A DNA stretch of 56,841 nt from an uncultured Treponemataceae bacterium (GCA_964571545.1 CAZNCK010000001.1:8944-65784); one strand, 5' to 3'. Shown: positions 35,038 through 45,473, numbered from the stretch's first letter. Notes: generated by a model not told the origin, from the sequence alone. Program-made: numbers and translations.

Positions 35038-36123
35038 ATGATTCCACTTGTAAAAGTTTCGATGCCGCCTAGAGAAATATTGTTACCCGCCCTCGAAGAA
35101 GTGCTTTATAGCGGGATGGTCGCTGAAGGCGAATACGTATACCGATTCGAGAAGGCCTTTGGCGAGTATTTTGGGTTGCCCAACCTTCTTAGCCAGAGCA
35201 GTGGGACGGCTGCTCTTCATACTGCGCTAACTCTAGCGGGAGTAGGTCCTGGTTCTGAAGTAGTTTCCACTCCGATGACCGCTGAGCCGACCAATATGGC
35301 CATCCTCTATTCTGGCGCTAAAGTCGTATGGGCCGATGTTAATTCTGAGAACGGCACACTGGATCCTGATTCTGTACGTGACGCAATTACGCCGAAGACA
35401 AAGGCCATAATGATCGTGCACTATGCTGGATACCCGACCGATATGGAATCGATCATGAAGATCGCCGCTGAGAAGAGCATCCCTGTCATCGAGGACTGCG
35501 CCCACTCTCTTGGAGCCATGTACGACGGGAAACCGATCGGCACTATGGGCGACTATTCAATTTTCTCGTTCCAAGCAATCAAGCATTTTACGACCGTAGA
35601 TGGCGGCGCTATATCAATTAAGGACGACAAGCGGATTGATGAAGCCAAGAGATTCCGCTGGTTCGGCATGCTAAAAGGAGTATCCAGGACCGAGGTTGAT
35701 ATCGAATCAATCGGATACAAATATAATATGAGCAACGTCACCGCTGCGATCGGACTTACCCAGCTCAAGGTCGTCGATTCAGTACTTTCTCGCCACATCG
35801 CCAATGGTCGATACTATGACGAAAAGTTCTCGTCAATTTCTGGTTTTGCCCCCGCGCGTTTTGACATTAAGGCTTCGCCTTCCTACTGGGTCTACACCCT
35901 CCTGTGCGATGATGCTGCAGGTGCCGAGCGGATCTTGAAGGAGCATGAGGTCATTGCCTCAAAGCTACATAAACCGAACAACCGGCACTCCATCTTTTCC
36001 GGTTCAGCCCGCAAACTGCCAGGACTTGATCGATTCTATAGCCGGCTACTTCATATTCCTTGCGGCTGGTGGGTGACAGACGACGATCGCGCAATGATCG
36101 TCGACGCCCTAGCGAGAGGGTAA
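35038..36123 (+). CDS. DegT/DnrJ/EryC1/StrS-family sugar aminotransferase (PLP lysine present)
   Basis: SSGTAALHTAL...EDCAHSLGA...SIFSFQAIKHFTTVDGGAI, with the Schiff-base Lys in the SFxxxK context. Confidence 0.88.
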   Translation: MIPLVKVSMPPREILLPALEEVLYSGMVAEGEYVYRFEKAFGEYFGLPNLLSQSSGTAALHTALTLAGVGPGSEVVSTPMTAEPTNMAILYSGAKVVWADVNSENGTLDPDSVRDAITPKTKAIMIVHYAGYPTDMESIMKIAAEKSIPVIEDCAHSLGAMYDGKPIGTMGDYSIFSFQAIKHFTTVDGGAISIKDDKRIDEAKRFRWFGMLKGVSRTEVDIESIGYKYNMSNVTAAIGLTQLKVVDSVLSRHIANGRYYDEKFSSISGFAPARFDIKASPSYWVYTLLCDDAAGAERILKEHEVIASKLHKPNNRHSIFSGSARKLPGLDRFYSRLLHIPCGWWVTDDDRAMIVDALARG

Positions 36124-36124
36124 T

Positions 36125-37234
36125 ATGCTTGGATCTATTCCGCTGTTCAAGGCGTATCACGACGAGGAGATGGAACGCAATTCATTAGAAGTGCTTCGTT
36201 CAGGCTCTATTGCAGTCGGAAAATACAACGACCTATTCACTAAGTCATTCGGGGCTTTAGTAGGGCATAGCGGCATTGTAGGCACTAACGATATGTCGAA
36301 TGCAATCCAGATAGCACTCCGACTCGCGGGCGTGGAAGCTGGAGACGAAGTTTTGACGACTCCCTACGCATGCATGTCGACGAATTCTCCTATCTCTATG
36401 GTCGGTGCCAAGCCTGTGTGGGTTGATGTGCACCCCGATAGTGCTACTGTCGATCTAGAATCCCTCGGCAAGGCTTGTACTCCCAATTGCAAAGCCATGA
36501 TTCTCTATCATGTATGTGGTTATCCGGGACCAGTGGAGGAGATTGCGAGATTCTGCGACGAACGGGGCATCGCACTTATAGAGGATTGCGACAATGCTCT
36601 TCTTGCAACGATGAACGGTAGGCAAGTTGGTACGTTTAGTCGGTTCTCGATTTATTCTTTCTACCCGAACAGGCAGATAAACGCTAGTGAAGGTGGGGCG
36701 CTTGGATGCCGTGATGAGGCTGATCGCGCTCGCGCGGTTAAGCTACGCCGTTATGGCATAGATTTTTCAAAATTCAGGACCTCAGATGGGGAAATCGATC
36801 CTAATTGTGACATTCCTGAAATTGGTTGGGCTGCTACGCTTAATAACCTTTGCTCTGCTCTTGGTTATGCACAAATCACCGGAGTTAGAGCTCGCATAGA
36901 GAAGGCGAAGGTGAATGCTGCTGAATACGACCGCCTTTTAGAACATTCCTCGATTGTCCGGCCTCTACGACTGCTTCCCGGGTCGAATCCTAGCTATTGG
37001 ACTTATCTTATACGAACTAAGCGAAGCACAGAACTGTTGAGCTATCTGAAGGGCAAAGGCATCGGGTGCTCAAGAGTTCATGTTCTCAATACGCCGTATA
37101 GTGGATTTAACGCAGTTAGTCGGGAACTGCCGGGTAGCGAAGAACTAATGAGAAGTATCATTGCACTGCCATGTGGCTGGTGGCTGGAATCCGTTGATGT
37201 CGCGGAGATAACCCGCCTGATAGAAGAATTTTGA
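36125..37234 (+). CDS. DegT-family paralog with Arg in place of the PLP-binding Lys
   Basis: Aligns with the upstream paralog (EDCDNALLA...SIYSFYPNRQINASEGGAL). The position of the catalytic K is R, codon AGG. Confidence 0.75.
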   Translation: MLGSIPLFKAYHDEEMERNSLEVLRSGSIAVGKYNDLFTKSFGALVGHSGIVGTNDMSNAIQIALRLAGVEAGDEVLTTPYACMSTNSPISMVGAKPVWVDVHPDSATVDLESLGKACTPNCKAMILYHVCGYPGPVEEIARFCDERGIALIEDCDNALLATMNGRQVGTFSRFSIYSFYPNRQINASEGGALGCRDEADRARAVKLRRYGIDFSKFRTSDGEIDPNCDIPEIGWAATLNNLCSALGYAQITGVRARIEKAKVNAAEYDRLLEHSSIVRPLRLLPGSNPSYWTYLIRTKRSTELLSYLKGKGIGCSRVHVLNTPYSGFNAVSRELPGSEELMRSIIALPCGWWLESVDVAEITRLIEEF

Positions 37235-37280
37235 ATCGTCCGAAGGAGGGGATCTTTATCTCCTCTGAAAGCACAGAGGA

Positions 37281-38777
37281 ATGATGCTTCGCAACAATGT
37301 CCTTGCCAATCTCGCGGGGCGAGTCTGGGGTTTAGTCTCGGTCTACTTCTTTGCACCTATATACCTCCACTACCTCGGGCCTGATGCATATGGTCTTGTC
37401 GGATTCTATTCGACGCTTCTCGGTGTAATTGCTTTCACCGACATCGGACTAACCGCAACACTGAGCAGAGAGATGGCGAGACTTTCAACTGTGCCGGGGG
37501 GAGAATCGGGCAAGCAAAATTTACTTCGGACTTATGAAATCATCTATTTATTTCTCTCGATTTTTATTTTTTTGGCAGTATTTACGGTATCTCCTTGGAT
37601 CGCCCGGTACTGGCTGAAAGCTACAGTCATTTCGGTCTCGGACGTGACAGTTGCGCTTCGCTGGATGGGGCTTGCTATCGCGTTGCAGATGCCCGCAGGG
37701 CTCTTCTTGGGCGGGTTAATGGGCTTGCAGATGCAAGTCTTTTCGAACATGCTGCAGATTGTTTGGGGAATGTTTAGGGGATTCGGGGCGGTTGCGCTTC
37801 TTCAGTTCGTTTCAAACGATATCGTGATGTTTTCCGTTTCTCAAGTAGCCTGCAATCTGGCATATTGCCTCCTTGCACGGGGCTATCTTTGGAAGTCGAT
37901 CAAGGTAACACCAAATATTGCCCGATTCGACTTACAGACTCTGAGGTCGACCTGGAAATATGCGTCTGGAATGGCACTCGCAACTCTACTCTCTGTTGTA
38001 CTGACCCAAGAAGACAAAGTAATCCTTAGTAAATTGGAAAGCTTAAGTAATTTTGGATATTACTCCCTCGCTGGCTCTCTTGCGGCGATACCATTAAGCC
38101 TGGCCGGCCCTATTGGGTCAGCCTTCTTTCCGCAGTTGACTTCGCTGCATAGTTTGGGAAAATTAGATGAGCTCAAAAAAATCTACCATCGCGGGTGTCA
38201 GCTCATAAGCGTCGCTATCTTTCCTTTAGTGGTGGTCATAGCTTTTTTTTCCAGGCCACTGATAGTAGCCTGGACTGGCTCCCCGGAGATTGCGTCAGTC
38301 GCTGGTACGGCGACAACACTACTGGTGATCGGCCAAGGCCTGCAGGCTGTTACCGTCATGCCGTACTATACCTTGCTTTCTTTCGGCAAGCTCAGGCTCA
38401 ATATTGCGTTAAGCATCGCTTCCATTGTCATCATCACTCCTGTGCTCTACTTTCTCATTCTCTTGCGGGGGATGGAAGGAGCTGGCATTTCTTGGTTGCT
38501 TATGAACCTTGCAACCTTGCCATTCTATATGTACATAATGCACCGAACAATCTTGCCGGGAGAATTCAAGATATGGCTAGTTTTAGATTTTTTGAGACCT
38601 CTTGTCCCGGCCTTGCTCGTTGCTGGTGCTTGCAACTTCCTGTTGCCCTCGCCAGTTTCAAGATTTGATACTATTGCTTTCGCTGGTATTGCCTGGTTGA
38701 GCGCTACGATTGCATCATGCTTGGCAATACCGGACTACCGGTTGAAGATCTTCAGGTTCAAGAGAAGGCCTCGGTGA
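37281..38777 (+). CDS. wzx: Wzx-type oligosaccharide flippase (MOP superfamily)
   Basis: 498 aa, ~12-14 predicted TM helices. N-terminus NNVLANLAGRVWGLVSVYFFAPIYLHYLGPDAYGLVGFY is typical of polysaccharide-biosynthesis flippases. Confidence 0.8.
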   Translation: MMLRNNVLANLAGRVWGLVSVYFFAPIYLHYLGPDAYGLVGFYSTLLGVIAFTDIGLTATLSREMARLSTVPGGESGKQNLLRTYEIIYLFLSIFIFLAVFTVSPWIARYWLKATVISVSDVTVALRWMGLAIALQMPAGLFLGGLMGLQMQVFSNMLQIVWGMFRGFGAVALLQFVSNDIVMFSVSQVACNLAYCLLARGYLWKSIKVTPNIARFDLQTLRSTWKYASGMALATLLSVVLTQEDKVILSKLESLSNFGYYSLAGSLAAIPLSLAGPIGSAFFPQLTSLHSLGKLDELKKIYHRGCQLISVAIFPLVVVIAFFSRPLIVAWTGSPEIASVAGTATTLLVIGQGLQAVTVMPYYTLLSFGKLRLNIALSIASIVIITPVLYFLILLRGMEGAGISWLLMNLATLPFYMYIMHRTILPGEFKIWLVLDFLRPLVPALLVAGACNFLLPSPVSRFDTIAFAGIAWLSATIASCLAIPDYRLKIFRFKRRPR

Positions 38778-38893
38778 ATTAACAAAGAATCAGGGAGAAA
38801 GCATGGTCCGCGTGGAATGGCGGATGTTTTTATGCTATCGGCTTTCATCTATACTGATTGAAGCATGCAAACACAAAATAGCTGGGAGAGATA

Positions 38894-40126
38894 ATGCGAA
38901 AAATCGCACAGTTATGTTTTCTGTGCCTCATTTACTTTGTTCCCTTTGCTTCAATATTTGAGGTAGCGACGCTGTTTTCAGCATCCAGGCCATCCCTGGT
39001 GAGCATCGCAAGCCCACTTTGGTGGAAACTCCTTAAGGATGGCCTGGTACTCATTGTAATATTATTGTCACTTGCTTCCAGTGGGAAACCAGTGACAATG
39101 AGCATCGCAAGCTGGTTCGCGACCTTGGGAATAGGCATATCTATCGTAATCAGCATTTTAGCTTCAATAGGGCAGGTTGAACTCTTGGTTTTGTTCGCTG
39201 GGCTTAGATGGCTACTACCATTAGCCCTTCTCTGGTCAATCGCGCTGATCGTTGATGATGATTTTCTGGCTTCGGTATATCACGCGCTTACTATCATATT
39301 TATGTTACATTTCGCTTTTCAGGTAGTCCAACTCTTTACGATGAGTCATTTTTATGGGCTGCAACTTGGTGGACTCGCCGCGAGAACTCCAGGATTATTT
39401 CTTGTGCCAAATAGTGCTGCGTTTTTTTCAACATTTTTTCTTTTTCTGGCGCTTTACGGTGAAGAACGTCAGAAAACATTCAGCGTTGTTATGGCGCTGG
39501 CAAGTGTCTTCCTAACGCAGTCCGGTACAGGAATAGTAATTTGTGTTATTTTAATTTACCTAAAAGCAGTTCCCAAGAAATTTACACCTGTTCTGCCTTG
39601 GTTCTTGTTTTCTGGTTGCGTAGGGGTAATCCTTATGTTTTTTGCCTTCAGCCCAGCATTGGGTCGGGGTAGCGACTATATAGCAGTTTCTGGCGGAACC
39701 CGATTGCGCATATTTCTAGATGCGCTGGCAAGGTCGAATTTTTTGAGCTATACCTTTGGTGCCGGGACGAATTCATCTCAGTTGTTAGGGTTTACTGAGT
39801 TTGCTGTAGATAGTATCTATGCCTCAATTGTCATAAATCTAGGATGGGGTGCTTTGCTGATAATTCTCATTATTGCAGCCATCACAATATTTAAAAATCG
39901 CAAGCGCAAGAGGAATACCGCTTTCATGTTGATGTATGGTTTGTTTGGCGCAACTACTATTTTTTTAGAAGCTTTTCCCATGAACTACCTATTTTCGCTA
40001 ATGGCTGTGGTTTATTTTGGGAGAAAAAAATCGAGATTTGAAATTAAGTTCGTTGAACGACGACAAGCCGCTAGAATGGCTATCTTTAGCAAGCAAGCAA
40101 ACAAGGATTATAAATGGAACCCATAA
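38894..40126 (+). CDS. wzy: Wzy-type O-antigen/oligosaccharide polymerase-like membrane protein
   Basis: 410 aa polytopic membrane protein, AT-rich, next to wzx and the GT genes. No soluble-domain motifs. Confidence 0.6.
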   Translation: MRKIAQLCFLCLIYFVPFASIFEVATLFSASRPSLVSIASPLWWKLLKDGLVLIVILLSLASSGKPVTMSIASWFATLGIGISIVISILASIGQVELLVLFAGLRWLLPLALLWSIALIVDDDFLASVYHALTIIFMLHFAFQVVQLFTMSHFYGLQLGGLAARTPGLFLVPNSAAFFSTFFLFLALYGEERQKTFSVVMALASVFLTQSGTGIVICVILIYLKAVPKKFTPVLPWFLFSGCVGVILMFFAFSPALGRGSDYIAVSGGTRLRIFLDALARSNFLSYTFGAGTNSSQLLGFTEFAVDSIYASIVINLGWGALLIILIIAAITIFKNRKRKRNTAFMLMYGLFGATTIFLEAFPMNYLFSLMAVVYFGRKKSRFEIKFVERRQAARMAIFSKQANKDYKWNP

Positions 40127-41286
40127 TAACGATTGTAATACCGACTTTAAATAGACAAAAGTACGCCGCAATTTTGGTTCAGTCGGTATTGGAGTTGATT
40201 CCGAACTGCCAAGTTGTAGTGAACGATAACAGCGACAATGATTCTCTGAGAGAAATGCTTTGTGATTCGTTATCCGATCCTAGACTCTCCTATAAGTATT
40301 TTAAGCAAGTTATGAGCGTGGTAGAGAATTTTAACAGTGCTCTTGAACGTGCGCAAGGACGTTATATCTGCTTTCTGGGTGATGATGACATGATCGGACC
40401 TAGATTTTTGTCTTATGTAGAATGGGCAGAAAAGAATAAGATAGAGGCCATATTATATCGAAATAAGGGAAGGGTAATCCATTATTTTTGGCCAGGTGTC
40501 AGCTCCCCTCGTTGGGGAGATTTGGGTGGCAAACTATTTTTCTCGGATTTCAGCGGGGAAATCACTCCTTCAGCTATTCCTAGAGCCATAAAGGACGCAA
40601 TCAACCATCTCGGTAGCGGTCCCCGGAATATGCCTCGAATCTACTTGGGAATAGTATCACGAGAACTCATCTGGCGGGTCCAAGAATGCTATGGCCTCTT
40701 ATTCGGTGGGTTTAGCCCGGATATTTATAGCAGCCATTTACTTTCAACATGTTGCGGTAAAGCAGCGGTCGTCGATTTTCCTTTTATTATTCCTGGAGCT
40801 TCCCCAAAGAGTACGTCTGCAGCTAGGGCTGAACGTTCTGACGTGGGTGGGTTAACGACTAACGACCATATCGGGCGATTCACCCAGGTAGATTGGGATA
40901 AACGCATACCTATGTACTATTCTCCTAATTCTGTGTGGGCACAGAGCCATTTAATGGCTCTGGTAAAGACGGAAATGAAACCGCCTATAAGGGCTTTTGC
41001 GTATCTATATGCCACATTATTGGTCTTCACTCCGAAGCAAGCTGTTAGATTTGTGCCAACGGCAATCATCGCTCATTTGGGAGTTTGGCGAAGGCTTCTG
41101 GTCTCAACAACTACTCTTTTATATCTTCTCCCGGTAGCCGTAGCTTATGCTTTTAGTAAGATTCCTACGTTTCTTGTGGGTAAGCCAGGGGCTGCGCGTC
41201 ATTCAATCGTAGGGCTCGCTGATACGCGGGGGGCTCTAGATCATTTATCAGTGTTAATGGAACCCCCTGAGAGCCTCAGCTCATGA
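40114..41286 (+). CDS. Family 2 glycosyltransferase with C-terminal membrane segment
   Basis: ITIVIPTLNRQKYAAILVQSVL...VVNDNSDND...ICFLGDDD is a GT-A fold with a DxD motif. Confidence 0.8.
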   Translation: MEPIITIVIPTLNRQKYAAILVQSVLELIPNCQVVVNDNSDNDSLREMLCDSLSDPRLSYKYFKQVMSVVENFNSALERAQGRYICFLGDDDMIGPRFLSYVEWAEKNKIEAILYRNKGRVIHYFWPGVSSPRWGDLGGKLFFSDFSGEITPSAIPRAIKDAINHLGSGPRNMPRIYLGIVSRELIWRVQECYGLLFGGFSPDIYSSHLLSTCCGKAAVVDFPFIIPGASPKSTSAARAERSDVGGLTTNDHIGRFTQVDWDKRIPMYYSPNSVWAQSHLMALVKTEMKPPIRAFAYLYATLLVFTPKQAVRFVPTAIIAHLGVWRRLLVSTTTLLYLLPVAVAYAFSKIPTFLVGKPGAARHSIVGLADTRGALDHLSVLMEPPESLSS

Positions 41287-42410
41287 AGATTTTAGTTTTC
41301 GACGTTCCAGCCAGTGAAGGCGGAGCCCTTTCGGTGCTTGCTGATTTTTTTAAGTATGTAGAAGATTGTCCACGGAAGGATATTAAGTGGGTCTTCATCG
41401 TAAGCACCAACGACCTAGGAGAACCAAAGACCCCCAGTCGCATCAAGATCGAACGCTATCCTAGTGTCAAGCGAGGATGGTTTTCGCGTATTCTGTTCGA
41501 ATTGTTTTGCGCTCCCAAGCTAGTCCGGAAGCACAGCCCGGATGTTATTTTTTCACTGCAGAATACTGCTATTCTTTTTACTGCGGTGCCTCAGGTCGTT
41601 TATGTGCATCAATCTATACCCTATGCACCTACTCGCTTTTCCTATGCTGATCCTCACGAGCGCAAACTAGCTATTATCGGTGATATATTCAGACCGATAA
41701 TCGGGTGGTCCATAGGACGGTCACGAGCGGCAATTGTGCAGACCGGGTGGCTTCGGGATGCCATCGAAAAAGAGCACAATATTGCTCCTGGCAAAGTTCA
41801 TGTCGTTCCGCAGGCCATCAATATCCAGACTGTTGCATGTGATCTTTCTGCCGTACCCCGGATGCTATTTTATCCTGCGGCAGCATACATCTATAAAGGC
41901 TTTGAAGAGATCATATCTGCTGTAGAAATACTAATAACTGAAGGCTATATACCAAAGGTAATCCTCACTATCAACGGAAGTGAGAATGCCTATGCTCATA
42001 AGCTCGTACAGCGAATAAAAAGATGTGGGTTGGGGGCCTTTTTCAGGCTAGAAGGTCGTATAACACGGGATCAAGTCTTCGCACTCTATCATGAGAGTGC
42101 GTTGCTCTTCACCTCGAGGCTTGAGTCTTTTGGCCTGCCCCTTTTAGAGGCCAGACTTGTAGGCACTCCTATCATCGCGACTAGCCAACCCTTTTCCCGT
42201 GAAATACTGAACGGCTATGCTCGAGCACACCTGGTTTCTCAAGGAGATGTGGAAGGGCTGGCAGAAGAAATGAAGCGGTTTTGTATAAAACGGGATAATG
42301 AAGCTTCTGTAGAATCCGTCTCCGATAATATAGCTGAACGAATTGTGCAGTATAACTGTGATGGTGGGTGGAACGTTGTGCTTGAACTGATAGCGGGTAT
42401 GGGCGATTAA
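41283..42410 (+). CDS. GT-B glycosyltransferase (GT4-like)
   Basis: C-terminal ALLFTSRLESFGLPLLEARLVGTPIIAT is an E-x7-E motif. Confidence 0.8.
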   Translation: MKILVFDVPASEGGALSVLADFFKYVEDCPRKDIKWVFIVSTNDLGEPKTPSRIKIERYPSVKRGWFSRILFELFCAPKLVRKHSPDVIFSLQNTAILFTAVPQVVYVHQSIPYAPTRFSYADPHERKLAIIGDIFRPIIGWSIGRSRAAIVQTGWLRDAIEKEHNIAPGKVHVVPQAINIQTVACDLSAVPRMLFYPAAAYIYKGFEEIISAVEILITEGYIPKVILTINGSENAYAHKLVQRIKRCGLGAFFRLEGRITRDQVFALYHESALLFTSRLESFGLPLLEARLVGTPIIATSQPFSREILNGYARAHLVSQGDVEGLAEEMKRFCIKRDNEASVESVSDNIAERIVQYNCDGGWNVVLELIAGMGD

Positions 42411-42454
42411 TATCGCCATTCTTAAATTTCAATTCACAAGTGGAGGGATTTATT

Positions 42455-43468
42455 ATGTTCAAGAATAAGATTTTACTGATTACTGGAGGCACTGGATCTT
42501 TCGGTAACGCCGTATTAGACCGTTTTCTCTCGACCGATATCGGAGAAATTAGGATCTTCAGTCGTGATGAAAAAAAACAAGATGACATGCGCCACAAGTA
42601 TAAAAATGATAAAATTAAGTTCTATATTGGTGATGTTAGGGATTATGATTCAGTACTAAGTGCAATGCGAGGCGTCGATTATGTTTTTTCCGCAGCAGCA
42701 TTAAAACAGGTACCTTCTTGCGAATTCTATCCACTTGAGGCTGTTCGTACAAATGTCATAGGGACCGGAAATACCATCGACGCAGCTATCTCAAGTAGCG
42801 TCTCTCGTGTGGTCGTTCTTTCTACCGATAAGGCAGTCTATCCGATAAATGCGATGGGAATGTCTAAGGCGATGATGGAAAAAGTAATGATCGCTAAGTC
42901 CCGTAATGTTACAAAGAAAGAAACACTTTTATGTGGAACGCGTTACGGAAACGTCATGGGTTCGCGCGGATCTGTGATCCCCCTTTTTATGCAACAAATT
43001 AAAGAAGGACGGCCGATAACCGTAACAGATCCCGACATGACGCGTTTTATGATGTCCCTTGATCAAGCAGTTGAACTTGTCTTGTTTGCGTTCGAGCACG
43101 CGGAGCAAGGAGATATGTTTGTGCAAAAGGCCCCAGCCGCTACCATTAGAGACCTCGCGGCTGTAATACAAGAAATTATGAATGACGGATCAGAAATAAA
43201 AGTTATTGGTACTAGGCATGGCGAAAAACTCTACGAAACTCTTCTTTCCCGCGAAGAAGCTGTAAAGGCAGTCGATCTTGGAGGGTACTATCGCGTACCT
43301 GCCGATACACGCGATCTAAATTATAGTCTCTACTTTGAAGAGGGCAATACTCGCATTAGCAAAGCCGAAGAATATACTTCCCACAACACTCATAGACTCA
43401 ATCGAGAGGAGCTTAAAAAGCTACTCCTGACTTTGGATTTCGTTCGGGCTGAACGGACTTCAATTTAA
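42455..43468 (+). CDS. UDP-GlcNAc 4,6-dehydratase/5-epimerase, CapE/FnlA/WbjB/WbvB family
   Basis: MFKNKILLITGGTGSFGNAVLDRFL...IRIFSRDEKKQDDMRHKY...ALKQVPSCEF...STDKAVYPINAMGMSKAMMEK...GTRYGNVMGSRGSVIPLF...YYRVPADTRDLNY. Confidence 0.9.
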   Translation: MFKNKILLITGGTGSFGNAVLDRFLSTDIGEIRIFSRDEKKQDDMRHKYKNDKIKFYIGDVRDYDSVLSAMRGVDYVFSAAALKQVPSCEFYPLEAVRTNVIGTGNTIDAAISSSVSRVVVLSTDKAVYPINAMGMSKAMMEKVMIAKSRNVTKKETLLCGTRYGNVMGSRGSVIPLFMQQIKEGRPITVTDPDMTRFMMSLDQAVELVLFAFEHAEQGDMFVQKAPAATIRDLAAVIQEIMNDGSEIKVIGTRHGEKLYETLLSREEAVKAVDLGGYYRVPADTRDLNYSLYFEEGNTRISKAEEYTSHNTHRLNREELKKLLLTLDFVRAERTSI

Positions 43469-43485
43469 GAAAAGGGTTGCGAAAC

Positions 43486-44604
43486 ATGCTCAAAGTAATG
43501 ACTATACTTGGAACTAGGCCGGAGATTATTAAACTCGCAAGAGTTTTGGCTGAACTTGAGACCCACACCCAGCATATTCTTGTGCATACAGGCCAAAATT
43601 ATGACTATGAGCTAAACCAGATATTTTTCGATGAGCTTGGAGTCAAGAAGCCTGATTATTTCCTTGCCGCAGTGGGCGATAGCGTCGCGAAAACCATTGG
43701 GAATATCATAGCCAACGCCGATGAGGTAATTGTAAAAGAGAATCCAGATGCAATTCTTGTCTATGGCGATACAAACAGTTGCTTGGCTGTAATTGCAGCA
43801 AAGCGAAGGAAAATACCCATATTCCATATGGAGGCAGGAAATCGCTGTTTTGATCAGCGCGTGCCTGAAGAGATCAATCGAAAGATAGTGGATCATACAT
43901 CCGATATTAATATGACACTCACCGAGCATGCCCGGCGTTATTTACTCGCAGAAGGAATCAGGCCAGAAACTATTTTTAAGACAGGTTCTTCGATGAAAGA
44001 AATTTTTACTTATTACCATAAGCAAATAGAATCGTCGGATATTTTGACTAGGTTAGGTCTCACGGACCGAGGATACTTCGTAGTTAGCGCTCACCGGGAA
44101 GAGAATATCGATGATGAAACTAATTTCGAGAATCTAGTGGCCACGCTAAACTACTTGGGTGATAAATATAAAAGGCCGCTCATTTTTTCCACTCATCCTC
44201 GAACCATGAAAAGAATTGTCGAGAGGGGAATCGAGTTCAACGAATACGTTCGAGTGATGAAACCGCTGGGATTTTTCGACTACAACAAGCTCCAGATTTC
44301 TGCTTACTGCGTAATATCTGATTCTGGCACGGTATTCGAAGAATCTTCTTTGCTAAGATTTCCAGCAATTACCATTCGCAATGCGCATGAGCGCCCAGAA
44401 GGGATGGATTCGGGAACACTAATTATGTCAGGGCTTGAAAAAGAGGATGTTGAGAAATCCATTGAAATTGTTGTAGGCGATTATATAGAAGGCTACAGTC
44501 CGAAGCTTATACCCGATTTTGATGTCGACGATGTATCGAAAAAGGTTCTAAGGATCATAATGAGCTATACACGCTACATTAAGCGTACAGTGTGGAAGGT
44601 CTGA
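43486..44604 (+). CDS. Non-hydrolysing UDP-hexosamine 2-epimerase (CapG/FnlC/WbvD-like)
   Basis: MLKVMTILGTRPEIIKLA...VLVYGDTNS...HMEAGNRCFD...PEEINRKIVDH...DSGTVFEES. Confidence 0.88.
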   Translation: MLKVMTILGTRPEIIKLARVLAELETHTQHILVHTGQNYDYELNQIFFDELGVKKPDYFLAAVGDSVAKTIGNIIANADEVIVKENPDAILVYGDTNSCLAVIAAKRRKIPIFHMEAGNRCFDQRVPEEINRKIVDHTSDINMTLTEHARRYLLAEGIRPETIFKTGSSMKEIFTYYHKQIESSDILTRLGLTDRGYFVVSAHREENIDDETNFENLVATLNYLGDKYKRPLIFSTHPRTMKRIVERGIEFNEYVRVMKPLGFFDYNKLQISAYCVISDSGTVFEESSLLRFPAITIRNAHERPEGMDSGTLIMSGLEKEDVEKSIEIVVGDYIEGYSPKLIPDFDVDDVSKKVLRIIMSYTRYIKRTVWKV

Positions 44605-44606
44605 GC

Positions 44607-45473
44607 ATGTCACGGGTGTTAGTACTAGGCGGTGGAGGAATGGCTGGTCATATGATCAGTCTTGTTCTTGGGGACCGTGGACATGAAGTACTGTCCATCC
44701 AGAGAACAGAGGCTTTAAACTGCGACAGGGTGGATGTCGAAAAAAATGAAGATCTCCGAAACTATATAATTTCCAAGAAGCCCGATGTTGTTGTCAATTG
44801 TGTAGGAGTCCTAATCAAGGAATCCGAGGATAATCCTGAAAGGTCGATCAGAATCAATTCTTTGCTCCCAAGGATGCTTTCTCGACTTGGACGGGAAAAT
44901 CACTTTAGACTAATTCATCTCAGCTCTGATTGCGTGTTTTCCGGAAGAAACGGCCCTTACAGCGAAGAGGATTTTCGTGATGCCGATGATGTTTATGGGC
45001 GAACGAAAGCTCTCGGTGAGATCATCAACGATCGTGACCTTACTATAAGGACATCCATAGTTGGGCCAGATATAAAGAAGGAAGGGTCGGGCTTATTTAG
45101 TTGGTTCATGCGTCAGCGAGGAACAATTAAGGGCTATGCTTGCGCAATGTGGGGTGGTGTGACAACATTGGAGTTAGCAAAAGCTATCGACATCTTGATT
45201 GCAGAGGGCACCACCGGCCTGGTTCACCTCACCAACGGTAAAGCCATCAGTAAATATGATCTTTTAAAGTTATTTCAAATCTTATGGGAACGTGATGATG
45301 TTGTTATCGAATTCGACGAATCCTATATTTCATATAGAGGACTTCGTAGTTCTCGAATGGATTTCCAGTATATTGTACCGTCATATAGAGCCATGTTAGA
45401 AGATATGAAAGCATTTATGGTCGAGCATGAGGAGCTCTATTGCCTTTATGAAAAAAATACTATTAATAACTGA
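44607..45473 (+). CDS. RmlD-like SDR reductase (WbvR-type 4-reductase candidate)
   Basis: MSRVLVLGGGGMAGHMI...VVNCVGV...LSSDCVFSG..GPY.E...DVYGRTKALGE is the RmlD substrate-binding-domain pattern. ~288 aa. Confidence 0.75.
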   Translation: MSRVLVLGGGGMAGHMISLVLGDRGHEVLSIQRTEALNCDRVDVEKNEDLRNYIISKKPDVVVNCVGVLIKESEDNPERSIRINSLLPRMLSRLGRENHFRLIHLSSDCVFSGRNGPYSEEDFRDADDVYGRTKALGEIINDRDLTIRTSIVGPDIKKEGSGLFSWFMRQRGTIKGYACAMWGGVTTLELAKAIDILIAEGTTGLVHLTNGKAISKYDLLKLFQILWERDDVVIEFDESYISYRGLRSSRMDFQYIVPSYRAMLEDMKAFMVEHEELYCLYEKNTINN

